This document shows positions 33,924 to 43,478 of a stretch of DNA of 57,601 nt, in pieces. Position numbers and translations under genes: made by a program. The DNA is from a virus (taxonomy: Duplodnaviria > Heunggongvirae > Uroviricota > Caudoviricetes). Numbering within the stretch: the stretch's first letter is position 1; the number at the start of each line of letters is the position of its first letter. The stretch lies in the IMG/VR virus record IMGVR_UViG_3300021255_002251; one strand, written 5' to 3'. Under the pieces are notes generated by a model, which was not told the DNA's origin, ran no database searches, and was given only the letters and a program-made list of their open reading frames with translations.

Positions 33924-35609
33924 TTAGAAAAGTCCAGCATCGATGGCATCATCCATCAAGGCATATCTTACGGAGTCGATTGGGTCGTCTCCTCCGTTCT
34001 CTGGGTATCGTGAAATAAACTCCCCGGCTTTGTTTTTTAGGTATTCGCACTGTACAAATGCCTTGTAAGTCTTTGGGCACCTAATAGGGTCGATGTAAAT
34101 ATGCGCAAGGCTCTGCAAGAAACGATATGAGAACCTTCTTGAATCTGGCCCCTTCTGGGCAGGTAGAACATTTACACCCAATCCTTCTAGTTCGGCAATC
34201 GACTTCGGCTCGGCTGCATCGCACATTATGTAGTTGAAGCCGATGTCATCCTTCTTTGCTTTCAATAGTTCTGCAAGCGCTATGTTGGTGCAATTCAGTT
34301 CGTTTATCTCATCCCAAATATAGAGGTCCCTATGCTTCTTGTCATAGTGAGAAGCCGAATAGTGTAGCGGGTCGAGTGCAAAACCAAAGTCAAGCCCAAA
34401 ACGTCTACTGTCGAAATGGGAAATCATCTCATCCGACATTTCTAGCGGCACCACATTCGGGAATACCGCTCCGCCATTTCCAGTGACTTCTCCTAGGTAC
34501 TCATGTCTAAATGCTCTCTCATTTGTCGATCGCAGGAGTTCGGCGGAAGTAAAGAAATCATCTCCCAACCATTCGCGAGGAACAGTTCTGTAATCTGAAT
34601 GGTGGACATACCGATAGAGCTTCCCATCTACTATCTGTGGAACGCTTGCCTCATGATTTACCCAATTGGAACTAGTCTCTGGGGGGTTGTAACTACAAAA
34701 CGTCTGGAAGTAGTGTCCGCCACGGCGTAATGACTGGAGAACGTTACGGACTTCCTCAATGCCATCGAACTCCGCCAGTTCCTCCAGCCATATTAGCCCA
34801 AAATATCCAAATGGTGCTTTGAGCGACTTCACCTTCTGTGGGTCGTCCAATCCCCTGAAAAGAATCTGCTGCCCTGTTCGTGAGTTTACAATCTTTAACG
34901 GCGACCTCTTGAATATCCAATGGTCTGCTATCGGCCGAAGCTTTTCGTTGATTGTAAACTCAAACTGTGAATAGACTGAATCTGCCAGATTCGTTCCAAA
35001 TTTCCTAAAACAGCAACAATGAAGACGCGGATTCATCTCCATCAGAAGCGGAATGCAAGTGGATACAAAAGACGACTTTGTTGAGTTGTGATTGATAAAT
35101 CCCTGTGCCGTATAATTGTGTGTCCCCTGAACATTGAAATCCCAATAGTAATCCCTTTTGAAAAGTCTACATCCCCTGAATTTACTTTCTCTAATTTCTC
35201 CGCCAATACTCAATAGGATAGGATCCTCATAATCCAATTCCTTTAGCATTTTCCAGCCGGTGGGCGTAAGAAACTTATGTTCATCGGTAACTATTATGTC
35301 TTCGCAATTCCCATCGGCTATGACCTGAAACAGATCTTGGACCGTTTTCCGTTGCGGAGCATCAGCTTTGGCGATATGTATCCGCCCATCCTCAAATGAA
35401 TAGACTTCTCCGCCCTTGAAGTCTTTAACCCTTATCCGACCTTGGGGAGTGTCTATTAGCGTGTCGCCATCAATGCAACCACGCCCGCCTGCAAGCCAGA
35501 TTTCTGGATACTTTTGGTTTACCACATCGTTCCATAGCCCGTAGAACGATGGCGCTATCAAATCCTTATACGAAATGTCTGCCATTCTAAAATATGCCAA
35601 TAGTGGCAA
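33924..35609 (-). CDS. terminase large subunit (PBSX family), intein-containing
   Basis: spliced Walker A GGRG|STKSS, FRGLDDPQKVKS, Walker B WLEELAE, SYNPP, GLDFGF, DDPIDSVRYA. Confidence 0.93.
   Translation of the reverse strand: MPLLAYFRMADISYKDLIAPSFYGLWNDVVNQKYPEIWLAGGRGCIDGDTLIDTPQGRIRVKDFKGGEVYSFEDGRIHIAKADAPQRKTVQDLFQVIADGNCEDIIVTDEHKFLTPTGWKMLKELDYEDPILLSIGGEIRESKFRGCRLFKRDYYWDFNVQGTHNYTAQGFINHNSTKSSFVSTCIPLLMEMNPRLHCCCFRKFGTNLADSVYSQFEFTINEKLRPIADHWIFKRSPLKIVNSRTGQQILFRGLDDPQKVKSLKAPFGYFGLIWLEELAEFDGIEEVRNVLQSLRRGGHYFQTFCSYNPPETSSNWVNHEASVPQIVDGKLYRYVHHSDYRTVPREWLGDDFFTSAELLRSTNERAFRHEYLGEVTGNGGAVFPNVVPLEMSDEMISHFDSRRFGLDFGFALDPLHYSASHYDKKHRDLYIWDEINELNCTNIALAELLKAKKDDIGFNYIMCDAAEPKSIAELEGLGVNVLPAQKGPDSRRFSYRFLQSLAHIYIDPIRCPKTYKAFVQCEYLKNKAGEFISRYPENGGDDPIDSVRYALMDDAIDAGLF
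35085..35477 (-). mobile_element. mini-intein (131 aa) in terminase Walker A
   Basis: starts CIDGDTLI, block B VTDEHKF, ends YWDFNV..THNY...INHN followed by Ser+1. Confidence 0.92.
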
Positions 35610-35627
35610 AGAGAATGGCGAATCTAT

Positions 35628-36170
35628 CTATTTTAAGGCTTCTTCAACGATGTCTTTGATCCGAGCAAGTTTCTTCTCGTCAGAATCTGTATCGCTCATA
35701 TAAGCAAACTTAACTTCTCGCAATGCATCTTTTAGCCCATCCTCAAAATCTGCACCTCGTGTAATATCACTAGCAATATCAGAGATGTCTTGAAGGGCTA
35801 TGCGACTGTTTTTTGCATCTTCTTCACTATTCTGTGATTCGATGAATGTACGCATATAGATACGATGGAGAGCGGTTAAAAGTATCCCGACTAGTTCTTT
35901 ATCATCATCTGTGGTTGTCTTTACAACAGCATTGATTCTATCCGCTCCATCCCCATCCCAGAAGAAATGACGTTCGTTCTTCTTGTCATCTGGGTCTACT
36001 ACAATATCAAATGAATGTCCGCCATTCCCATTCATAGCGATATATGTTAGTAAATCTTTAAGTTTTCCATCGCTATCAATGCACTCTATCGTATAGAACT
36101 TCTTGGTACGATATGATTCTTTTTTGTCCTGTGCTACTTTATCATCGTATAGATATTGAAAGAAATTCAT
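35628..36170 (-). CDS. hypothetical protein
   Basis: 180 aa ORF upstream of terminase. Confidence 0.7.
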   Translation of the reverse strand: MNFFQYLYDDKVAQDKKESYRTKKFYTIECIDSDGKLKDLLTYIAMNGNGGHSFDIVVDPDDKKNERHFFWDGDGADRINAVVKTTTDDDKELVGILLTALHRIYMRTFIESQNSEEDAKNSRIALQDISDIASDITRGADFEDGLKDALREVKFAYMSDTDSDEKKLARIKDIVEEALK

Positions 36171-36200
36171 GGCATCGTTCTCCTACACAATGCCATAACT

Positions 36201-36521
36201 TCATCCAACAACTGCTTTCCATTTGTGCTTCAATTGTTCCATGCTCGGAGGCTGCTTGCTGTACCAATCCCAAAATTCCTTATTCGTTAGAGGAATTTCC
36301 AAGGCATCGAAAAACTTACACTGCATTTCCTCAAATTCTCCAACATACGGTGCTAGAGCATTTTTAATAAGTTCGTCTGGCACTCTTATCTGCGCAAGAT
36401 TCCCAGACAATGAGTTTGCGATGTTTAGCCTATCCTCTGCGAGCCTAAACTCGCAGAAAGCCTGCATCATAGCCGATGCCGCATCTCCTATCTTTTTCTT
36501 CTCTTCATAAGTTAGATTCAT
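36201..36521 (-). CDS. hypothetical protein
   Basis: ORF with GGAG RBS. Confidence 0.7.
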   Translation of the reverse strand: MNLTYEEKKKIGDAASAMMQAFCEFRLAEDRLNIANSLSGNLAQIRVPDELIKNALAPYVGEFEEMQCKFFDALEIPLTNKEFWDWYSKQPPSMEQLKHKWKAVVG

Positions 36522-36725
36522 TTCAGTATCTCCTGCCTTTCTCTATGCACATTCATTTATAAATAGTGCGGCGGCTTTTCGTACCATGCCGCTATGAGGC
36601 AAATCCCAGACCGCTAAGAGCCATAATCAAGGCGGAAATGAGCAAAACCGCCCCTCGCCAAACTCTTCGGCCACGTTGCCCACGGAGGATTGGACAATCC
36701 TCTATTGCATGATGGCGGGTCTATT

Positions 36726-37103
36726 CTACCATGTTAACTTAATTCCAAAAAAATCTCTCACGTACTTTTGTATCTTGTATAACATGTCTCTACACCCATC
36801 CATCTGCATATCAATGCAATCCCCATATGAAAACACTCTCGATGGTATCAACACCTTCCATTCGAGACTGTCGCCGTCGAATATCTTTACCTCCACACTC
36901 CTTTCAACTCGATTGTCATTCGCCTTCGCAGCAAAACAATCAGACATCTTGTACGATTCGATAAGAAACTTTGCCGTCTCACCAACATCGCCTCTGACAA
37001 AAAAAGTTGTCTCTGTCCCCGAATCTGTGTCTCTTTCGCTTTTGTATACCATTTCTTTTACCTTTCTCAAATCATTGTCTTGAACATCCATCGTTGCGGG
37101 CAA
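36726..37103 (-). CDS. hypothetical protein
   Basis: co-oriented ORF. Confidence 0.6.
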   Translation of the reverse strand: MPATMDVQDNDLRKVKEMVYKSERDTDSGTETTFFVRGDVGETAKFLIESYKMSDCFAAKANDNRVERSVEVKIFDGDSLEWKVLIPSRVFSYGDCIDMQMDGCRDMLYKIQKYVRDFFGIKLTW

Positions 37104-37384
37104 GGTTCGCTACCAAGGAATGACAAATGGTCTTCGTCCCATTCCATGATATTCCTCGCTAGTCTATAAAACTCCTGTGCCGTCTTGTCATCATTGAAGT
37201 CTGCTTCTCCGAGTGCCTTAATAACAGTATTGTCTACTGCATGAACCTTCGCATAAAGACTCGAATTTGATTCTGCGATATTATTCTCATGCAACATGAA
37301 ATCAACAATTACCTTCATCGCCTTTCGGACAATTGTTTTTGCTTGGTCAATGGACACTCTCTTCGTTGGTTTGCTCATATCCAC
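37067..37384 (-). CDS. hypothetical protein
   Basis: co-oriented ORF. Confidence 0.6.
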   Translation of the reverse strand: MDMSKPTKRVSIDQAKTIVRKAMKVIVDFMLHENNIAESNSSLYAKVHAVDNTVIKALGEADFNDDKTAQEFYRLARNIMEWDEDHLSFLGSEPCPQRWMFKTMI

Positions 37385-37650
37385 TCTCCTCCATTTCTGG
37401 ATTCATAGTATTCCGCAGCACGGCGATTGCACTCTTTATCAAATGCTTTCACAAGCAACTCATGTCGTGGGTGATTTTCATTTGCATCTAACACCTTCAC
37501 AAACTCTCTTAACTTCTCCTCCGATGCCTTGTTCATCCACTTTGGGTCTTCATCCATTATGCTATCATTCAACATCCTTCTCCTCCTCTTCTGAAATAGG
37601 CACATTTTCCGAACCAACAAGAGGGAGCGTTGGATTGTCAGGCATCCCAA
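37375..37650 (-). CDS. hypothetical protein (start probably MLNDS)
   Basis: co-oriented ORF. Confidence 0.5.
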   Translation of the reverse strand: MGCLTIQRSLLLVRKMCLFQKRRRRMLNDSIMDEDPKWMNKASEEKLREFVKVLDANENHPRHELLVKAFDKECNRRAAEYYESRNGGEWI

Positions 37651-37726
37651 GACTTTTTCCCTCCAAGGCTTCTACTAGAGAATCCTTTGTGCTCTTGTCT
37701 CTCTTGTCATGTCCAGAACTCATTTG

Positions 37727-38098
37727 TCACCTTGCCATTCTTTTTGTTTGATAGTCGTATGGAAGCATTATCGTATCGGTTGCTATAGAGCAGACAACAT
37801 CGACTATGGATAGAGGAGCACCAATCGGCCATAACCATGCCTCATACCCTCTTCCTATCTCCGTCTCACTAGGCCACCACCATGTAGGCACTTCTACTAG
37901 CAATGAAATCCTAGTTGCAGGATAGATGCACGGATACTCATCATCTCCATGATATACCCCGTAAATCTCACCCTTGTCAGAATACTCACTACGAAGATTC
38001 GCAACATATGCAGTAGCACATCCCTCTATGAGGGATAAAAAACAGATTATCGCTATTGCGGCTGCTCTCTTCATCTTCCTTGTCCTCTGACGGCACAT
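37727..38098 (-). CDS. YceK/YidQ (DUF1375)-like lipoprotein
   Basis: lipobox LIEGC; C-terminal DVVCSIATDTIMLPYD. Confidence 0.7.
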   Translation of the reverse strand: MCRQRTRKMKRAAAIAIICFLSLIEGCATAYVANLRSEYSDKGEIYGVYHGDDEYPCIYPATRISLLVEVPTWWWPSETEIGRGYEAWLWPIGAPLSIVDVVCSIATDTIMLPYDYQTKRMAR

Positions 38099-38128
38099 AT
38101 TCTACCATACAATCAGGACGGCTGTAAA
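38099..38128 (-). promoter_or_regulatory. sigma70-like promoter
   Basis: TTTACA-18-TAGAAT followed by ATGTGCCGT. Confidence 0.7.
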
Positions 38129-38146
38129 GAGGGGGTAGCCAGAAAT

Positions 38147-39175
38147 CTAAAACATTGGAATTGGAGTCACGCCAACATCTTCGGACAACATATCGAAGTA
38201 TTCGGAATGTTTTCTCCGCTTTAGTTCTATTCGCATCCTAGCCTTTGAAACTATTCCTATTCTCGCAGCATCTATCAGTTCCTTTTCGCTGGCGCTCATG
38301 ATTCGAGCATTAGACCATTGCCCTCCACTATTCACTAGATGCGATTGCCTAGTCCAATTATATCGTGGAACTTCAACTTTCTGCAATACCGATTCCGAAA
38401 GCGAACCAATTGAGCGTACATCCTTCTCATATTTTGGTTTTCCTGACTTATGCTGCTCATGGAACTTCTTAATCTCGAAATCGTTCATCTGCCCATAGCA
38501 GGAAGGACATAAGACTGTACTTTTCTCAAACCACACATAATGGCATGGGACAACTTCTCCACACTTCTGGCAGGCTATCTTGTATCTCGGAAGAAGCCCG
38601 GCAAAAGATGGGTTGTCGGCAATCCTTGTCTCTTTCCGTCTCCATTCCCATCTTGAAGAGTTAATGGAAGTATCGCTTCTAGGCCTCGTGTCTATGTCAT
38701 CTTCTCGTTCTACCGATTCTGGCGATGCCACATCAGAAGAACCAAGTTCATTAGATTCCTCATATTGAGGATAAGAGATTATACTTGGCTGGAAATACTC
38801 CTTTTTGTTTTTAGAAGGTAATACTATTGGTTTTCCTTCTTCAGCGCTCCTTGTCGGCGGCTCTATACCTTTAGGAGCATACTTGGCACGTTCATCTTCC
38901 GAAAGCCTATCATAGCAGGCTGGACATAGCCACTTGCTTACATCCATCCACCATCTCGGAACATTGAATCTCTTCTTGTGCCGCAAACATCTCATCGAGA
39001 TAGGGCTCTCCTCCTCTTTCTTACAGATATTGCAAACATATTCTCCAGTCCCCGAAGAAGTGGCGAACGTCAGGTTTTCCGTCCCGCATATCTTGCATGC
39101 AACCCATCTAGGCTCTCTTGCATCATCATCCACCTTGATGCTCTTAGCACTCCATGTTGTCTTTGGCCTTTCCAT
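38147..39175 (-). CDS. multi-CxxC zinc-finger protein
   Basis: CKIC, CNIC, CLRH, CPAC, CQKC, CPSC. Confidence 0.7.
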   Translation of the reverse strand: MERPKTTWSAKSIKVDDDAREPRWVACKICGTENLTFATSSGTGEYVCNICKKEEESPISMRCLRHKKRFNVPRWWMDVSKWLCPACYDRLSEDERAKYAPKGIEPPTRSAEEGKPIVLPSKNKKEYFQPSIISYPQYEESNELGSSDVASPESVEREDDIDTRPRSDTSINSSRWEWRRKETRIADNPSFAGLLPRYKIACQKCGEVVPCHYVWFEKSTVLCPSCYGQMNDFEIKKFHEQHKSGKPKYEKDVRSIGSLSESVLQKVEVPRYNWTRQSHLVNSGGQWSNARIMSASEKELIDAARIGIVSKARMRIELKRRKHSEYFDMLSEDVGVTPIPMF

Positions 39176-39216
39176 CTATTTTCCTTCTTTCACAAACCCA
39201 ATTTCAATCTAGCACT

Positions 39217-39690
39217 TCAACCTTCATAAGGAGACAATGTAAATCCATCGTCTATGTCTAGCTTTTTAGCGTTGCCACCTTCAGAGAAGTACAATCTAAA
39301 ATCTACTGCCCTGTCATTAGGTGCGAACATGCCATGTAGCACCTTGATGTAATAGCACATCGCCTTCTCCGTCTCGTCTCCTTCCGCCGATAGGATCCAT
39401 TTGTCAACCTTCCGCTGCCAGACGGCCTCTCTCCAAATCGTCTCAACCTCTCCTGCCTTTGCTTCGGCATTCATGCCAATTGCACGTTCCATCTGCCAGA
39501 ATGTTGACTTGCTTTCAGCTATTACATACTGCGGCCAAGATGCAAGAGTTGGGAAAACCTTCTCTGTTGGCTCTACATTGTCTCCATCTGCAATCTTCCG
39601 CTCTTCCGAAAGCTTGCGATAGGCATCTTCAGCCTCTTGCTTGAAAGGGTTGTGGTTCCCCCCATAGTAGAACTTGTATTTCAACTGCAT
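39217..39690 (-). CDS. hypothetical protein
   Basis: TAATG-coupled start MQLKYKF. Confidence 0.65.
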   Translation of the reverse strand: MQLKYKFYYGGNHNPFKQEAEDAYRKLSEERKIADGDNVEPTEKVFPTLASWPQYVIAESKSTFWQMERAIGMNAEAKAGEVETIWREAVWQRKVDKWILSAEGDETEKAMCYYIKVLHGMFAPNDRAVDFRLYFSEGGNAKKLDIDDGFTLSPYEG

Positions 39691-41201
39691 TACTTCTGCC
39701 CTACCTTCTCTGAGAACTTGACAATCTTGCCATCTTCGATACTTATCTGTTCTCCCTTTATGAATATTGTTATCCCATTTCCAGATATTGCTTTTAGCGC
39801 CTCGGAAGTCAGGTTGCATACTTCATATTCAGAAGAGAACATGATGCTTTCTATAGCTTCCGCATTGTAATCCTCCGTGTCCCCATGCAACTGCAGTTCG
39901 CAATACGGCATGTCTGTCATGTCGCATAGTTCTTCTATGCTTGCATCCATGACTTCATGGCGAAGCCTATTGAGCAAAGTCTTGCTTTCTGGGTTGAACG
40001 AACATGGCGATGGGCATGTCAAGAAAGATGCACAAACGAAATTGTATCCTCCCCTTCCTATGGATAGGCTATCTGCAAAAGCCATTGTAGAGACAACCTT
40101 GTATGGCTTCCATTTCACGATAATTTCACCATACTGCCCACCCATGGTCACAGATGCCATGAATGGATTCATGGGCTGCAGAATCCCATAGCCGACATCA
40201 TAATCACCAAAATCTAGCCCATACGAAAGAAGCCTGTTCACGCCATCGATCTTTAGGTTGCTAGATATGAAACTCTTCCCTAGCAGCCTACGTATCGTCT
40301 TCTGCCAATTCTCCTTGATTGTCTTGAAGTCCGAAATGGAAATCCCGGCGACGCTCCGCCAGCGCCGTTCCGTGTTCTCCACAATGTTGTCTATGTTCCT
40401 TATCGTCTTTGGAATCTCTTTCCCAAGTCCTATAGACTTCATTCTCTTCGCATATTCCGAATAGTCCTCTCCATCCATCATTCCGAAGCCATGCTTTTCA
40501 ACCTCCAACGAATCAGGGTTCGCCGCACCTCTCCCACTTATGTCCGAATCCGCCATGGCACACAATGCTTCACACAAAGCATCATAGGCCTTTTCTACAG
40601 CCTCAAACTTCTGCGTCAACTCCATTGGCTTCGGTTTGAGATACGAAACCATCTCCTCTACCCTACGAAAGTCATTCTTGCCAAGATATTCCTTTGCTTT
40701 GCCATAATAGAGAACAACTTCTTCCTTCAAGTCCTTGAATTCCTTGCTGGCTTTCTTGAAACCTTCTTCCTCACCAAACGGCTCACTCGGATTTCCCGCC
40801 TCATCGCGAAGAGACTTGAGGTCTTCATCCATTCCCACGAATTCTGAATCCTTCCCCGGACATTCCTCCAAATCCCACCCAATCTCCCGCAGTTCAGCAT
40901 TGTATTCTATCTTCTGCCGCTCTTCCTTCGTTGCCCCTGGGTTTACCCTGTCCCGCATTCTCGCCTGCGCTTTCTTCTCTTCGAGCAATGCTGCCCTTGC
41001 ATATCTCTCTTCAGGCAGATCGCTCAACTGGTTCTCATCCTTCTTCGGTCTCCCTCTCTTGCGCTTGAAGATGCTTTCATCCATGGTAGCCTTGCCAAAA
41101 GAAGAAAGCAGACAGTCTGCAAGGAACTCCTTCATTGAAGCCCCGCCCTTGTTTGCGGCCTCCAACGATTCAACCAGTATGTTTTTAACTTCGTCTGCCA
41201 T
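39690..41201 (-). CDS. hypothetical protein with DUF3626-like C-terminal domain
   Basis: QYGEIIVKWK...STMAFADS...YCELQLHG; start moved to MADEVKN. Confidence 0.6.
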   Translation of the reverse strand: MADEVKNILVESLEAANKGGASMKEFLADCLLSSFGKATMDESIFKRKRGRPKKDENQLSDLPEERYARAALLEEKKAQARMRDRVNPGATKEERQKIEYNAELREIGWDLEECPGKDSEFVGMDEDLKSLRDEAGNPSEPFGEEEGFKKASKEFKDLKEEVVLYYGKAKEYLGKNDFRRVEEMVSYLKPKPMELTQKFEAVEKAYDALCEALCAMADSDISGRGAANPDSLEVEKHGFGMMDGEDYSEYAKRMKSIGLGKEIPKTIRNIDNIVENTERRWRSVAGISISDFKTIKENWQKTIRRLLGKSFISSNLKIDGVNRLLSYGLDFGDYDVGYGILQPMNPFMASVTMGGQYGEIIVKWKPYKVVSTMAFADSLSIGRGGYNFVCASFLTCPSPCSFNPESKTLLNRLRHEVMDASIEELCDMTDMPYCELQLHGDTEDYNAEAIESIMFSSEYEVCNLTSEALKAISGNGITIFIKGEQISIEDGKIVKFSEKVGQK

Positions 41202-41338
41202 ATTGCGACAATCCTTCCTTCTTTGGCTCACAATATGCCTATGATTACCAGACAAACAGAAAACCGCCGAGAAAAGGTAACAATCCACCATTCCCCCAGC
41301 GGCAGACATTTTGCTGTCTAGGACGCGAACAAAGCCAA

Positions 41339-41542
41339 TCACTTCTTTGCCAAGTCAGCAGCCGCCTCCTTGAGCCGCATCAAAAGAATCGCATCATTCC
41401 CTTTTAGCCCATCGGAATTGCTCTTGTCTATAAGCTTAACGACCTTTGTGAGTTCAGCTTTCTCGAGCAGAACACCGCGAATCTTCTTTACCTTCTTCGT
41501 TTCGTCGAACTTGACGTTGATTTCAATTGGCGAGTAGATCAT
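41339..41542 (-). CDS. small hypothetical protein
   Basis: co-oriented ORF with RBS. Confidence 0.6.
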   Translation of the reverse strand: MIYSPIEINVKFDETKKVKKIRGVLLEKAELTKVVKLIDKSNSDGLKGNDAILLMRLKEAAADLAKK

Positions 41543-41563
41543 CTTTTTTGTCTCCTTTGTTTC

Positions 41564-42046
41564 TTACTTCGTCTTAATCGCATCCTTTGGGTTGAGAAGC
41601 ATGCTTTCCAGCCACAACCGCTTAAACTTTTGGGGCATCGTGAAAACCGCTGCGCACCCAGCAGAATATGTCAGATTCATGGAGGCATCAAAGAGTCGGT
41701 TGAGCCTCCCATTTACTCTCTTCTCACATTCCTTCTTTGTGATTTTCTTCGTTGAGAGCAAATCGGAGATTTCTTCGAGGATAATCTTGTACACGGTATC
41801 TACAAAGTTGCTGCAAGTCTTCTCATAGGACTTTGCAAGTCCTTTCACCGTGACAAGGAAGGAATCATTCACCTTTTTTTCGGGATTCTTGTTGCATTCG
41901 CATCCGCAAGGCTTCCCTCGTAGGTATGCGGAAACCCGCTTGTCTCCGATATGGAGATGCTTTGCTATCTTCTTGATTGACCAGCCACGCTCTCGATATA
42001 GCCAATCCATCTTTGCCTTCTGCTCTTTCGTAAGAGGCTTGTGCAT
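41564..42046 (-). CDS. helix-turn-helix DNA-binding protein
   Basis: LYRERGWSIKKIAKHLHIGDKRVSAYL. Confidence 0.7.
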   Translation of the reverse strand: MHKPLTKEQKAKMDWLYRERGWSIKKIAKHLHIGDKRVSAYLRGKPCGCECNKNPEKKVNDSFLVTVKGLAKSYEKTCSNFVDTVYKIILEEISDLLSTKKITKKECEKRVNGRLNRLFDASMNLTYSAGCAAVFTMPQKFKRLWLESMLLNPKDAIKTK

Positions 42047-42093
42047 TGTTGTTTCTCCTGTTTTGGTATCTGGACTTCCCAGATGTCGCCATT

Positions 42094-42123
42094 ATTATAC
42101 CACAAGCCATCATCCCCTTTCAA
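42094..42123 (-). promoter_or_regulatory. sigma70-like promoter
   Basis: TTGAAA-18-TATAAT. Confidence 0.75.
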
Positions 42124-42204
42124 TCGCCCTTTTACAAAAAAACACAAGCCCGCCCCATGAGGAACAGGCCTGCCTTGGCATTGTCAATACAGATAGAAAC
42201 ATTC

Positions 42205-42780
42205 CTACTTGACATTCGCCTTGAGCCACTTATATGCGGCATCATCGGCCTTGTAAACCGTACCCTTCGTAGCATCGTTTGCCGGCTTGAATACGGTAAG
42301 GAAGCCCTCCGTAAAACCAGACACGGCCGCCGCTACAAGTTCCTCATACTCTCTAGCCTTCGGATAACGCACATCAAAGATGTAGTCGATTCCCTTCACA
42401 GCCACGCCAAATGCCGCAAGAGAAATCGTTCCAATGCCATCGGTAATCTTTCCTTCCGCTATGAGCTTCGCCACGATTTCCTTCGCTATTGGAGCCCAAG
42501 CATCCTCAAACTTCTGTCCCTTCTCTGGGACAACCTTGGCAACCTCGTTGACGATTTCAACGATGGTGTTTCTCGCCTTGTCGTCAATTTTCGTCTCGTT
42601 AGCAACAAGTCCTGCAGCATACCCGATAGAGGTTGCTGTGGACTTCATCACCTCTGCCGTTGGAAGCGACTTGCATCCAGCGCAGACTATTGTTGCAGCA
42701 GCAGCAATCGCCGCCATCATCTTTCCGAACTTCATTTCTGTAGTCCTTTCATCTGTTTTGTTTGTTTTCTTCAGTTCCAC
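42205..42780 (-). CDS. lipoprotein
   Basis: MKFGKMMAAIAAAATIVCAG-C lipobox. Confidence 0.75.
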   Translation of the reverse strand: MELKKTNKTDERTTEMKFGKMMAAIAAAATIVCAGCKSLPTAEVMKSTATSIGYAAGLVANETKIDDKARNTIVEIVNEVAKVVPEKGQKFEDAWAPIAKEIVAKLIAEGKITDGIGTISLAAFGVAVKGIDYIFDVRYPKAREYEELVAAAVSGFTEGFLTVFKPANDATKGTVYKADDAAYKWLKANVK

Positions 42781-42794
42781 CAGGAACGGGTATC

Positions 42795-42824
42795 ATTATA
42801 CCACATTCTCTCATGGTTCTGCAA
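42795..42824 (-). promoter_or_regulatory. sigma70-like promoter
   Basis: TTGCAG-18-TATAAT. Confidence 0.65.
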
Positions 42825-42842
42825 TAGCCAATAAAGTCCATT

Positions 42843-42873
42843 AAAAAGCCTCTCCGCAGTTCATGCGGAAAGG
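42843..42873 (-). terminator. intrinsic terminator
   Basis: GCCT-TCCGCA/TGCGGA-AGGC stem followed by T-run. Confidence 0.65.
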
Positions 42874-42902
42874 CCGTAGGGTCCTAAGGTAGCGAATTTC
42901 CG

Positions 42903-43127
42903 TTAGCCCCTAAACTTTTTGTCAAGCCATGCGACAAAGTTCCACCAACGAAACATCCACGGGTGTTCTCTTTTATAGGCATCCAGAGATGCTTCCGTGG
43001 AATGGCTCATCATAAAAAATGGAAGAAACACCGCACAGATTCCTGCGGCAAAGAATACAATGACAACAAGCCATAATGCCGAAGCAATGATGAAACCTAT
43101 AACAAACCAAAGAAAAGATGCCATCAC
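42903..43127 (-). CDS. small membrane protein
   Basis: about 37-aa hydrophobic N-terminus. Confidence 0.65.
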   Translation of the reverse strand: MMASFLWFVIGFIIASALWLVVIVFFAAGICAVFLPFFMMSHSTEASLDAYKREHPWMFRWWNFVAWLDKKFRG

Positions 43128-43138
43128 ATACCACGCAA

Positions 43139-43477
43139 TTATACCGACATCCCACCATTGGCATATAGTTCTGCTATCTCCTGGTTGGCATCTCCCTTGG
43201 CGGCCTCGTAAAGGTGCATATAATCTGGATTTGCCTCACATGCTGCCTTAAGAGTCTCAAGAGATTTTCTAACAGAGTCTAGCCCTTCCTTGTCTGAGAT
43301 TCCATCTTTAGCCCTATAGTAGTCATCAAGCGCATCCCTAACTATATATGGCATTTCGTTGTATGCCTCTATAATAAGGTTAGCCGCCTTTGGCTTCATC
43401 CCATCCACCAATTTCAGCACTGCTTCATTCAATGGAGATGCCTTTGATTTCTTTGTTGCTTTCTTATCATCTGCCAT
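43139..43477 (-). CDS. hypothetical protein
   Basis: co-oriented ORF. Confidence 0.7.
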   Translation of the reverse strand: MADDKKATKKSKASPLNEAVLKLVDGMKPKAANLIIEAYNEMPYIVRDALDDYYRAKDGISDKEGLDSVRKSLETLKAACEANPDYMHLYEAAKGDANQEIAELYANGGMSV

Positions 43478-43478
43478 A

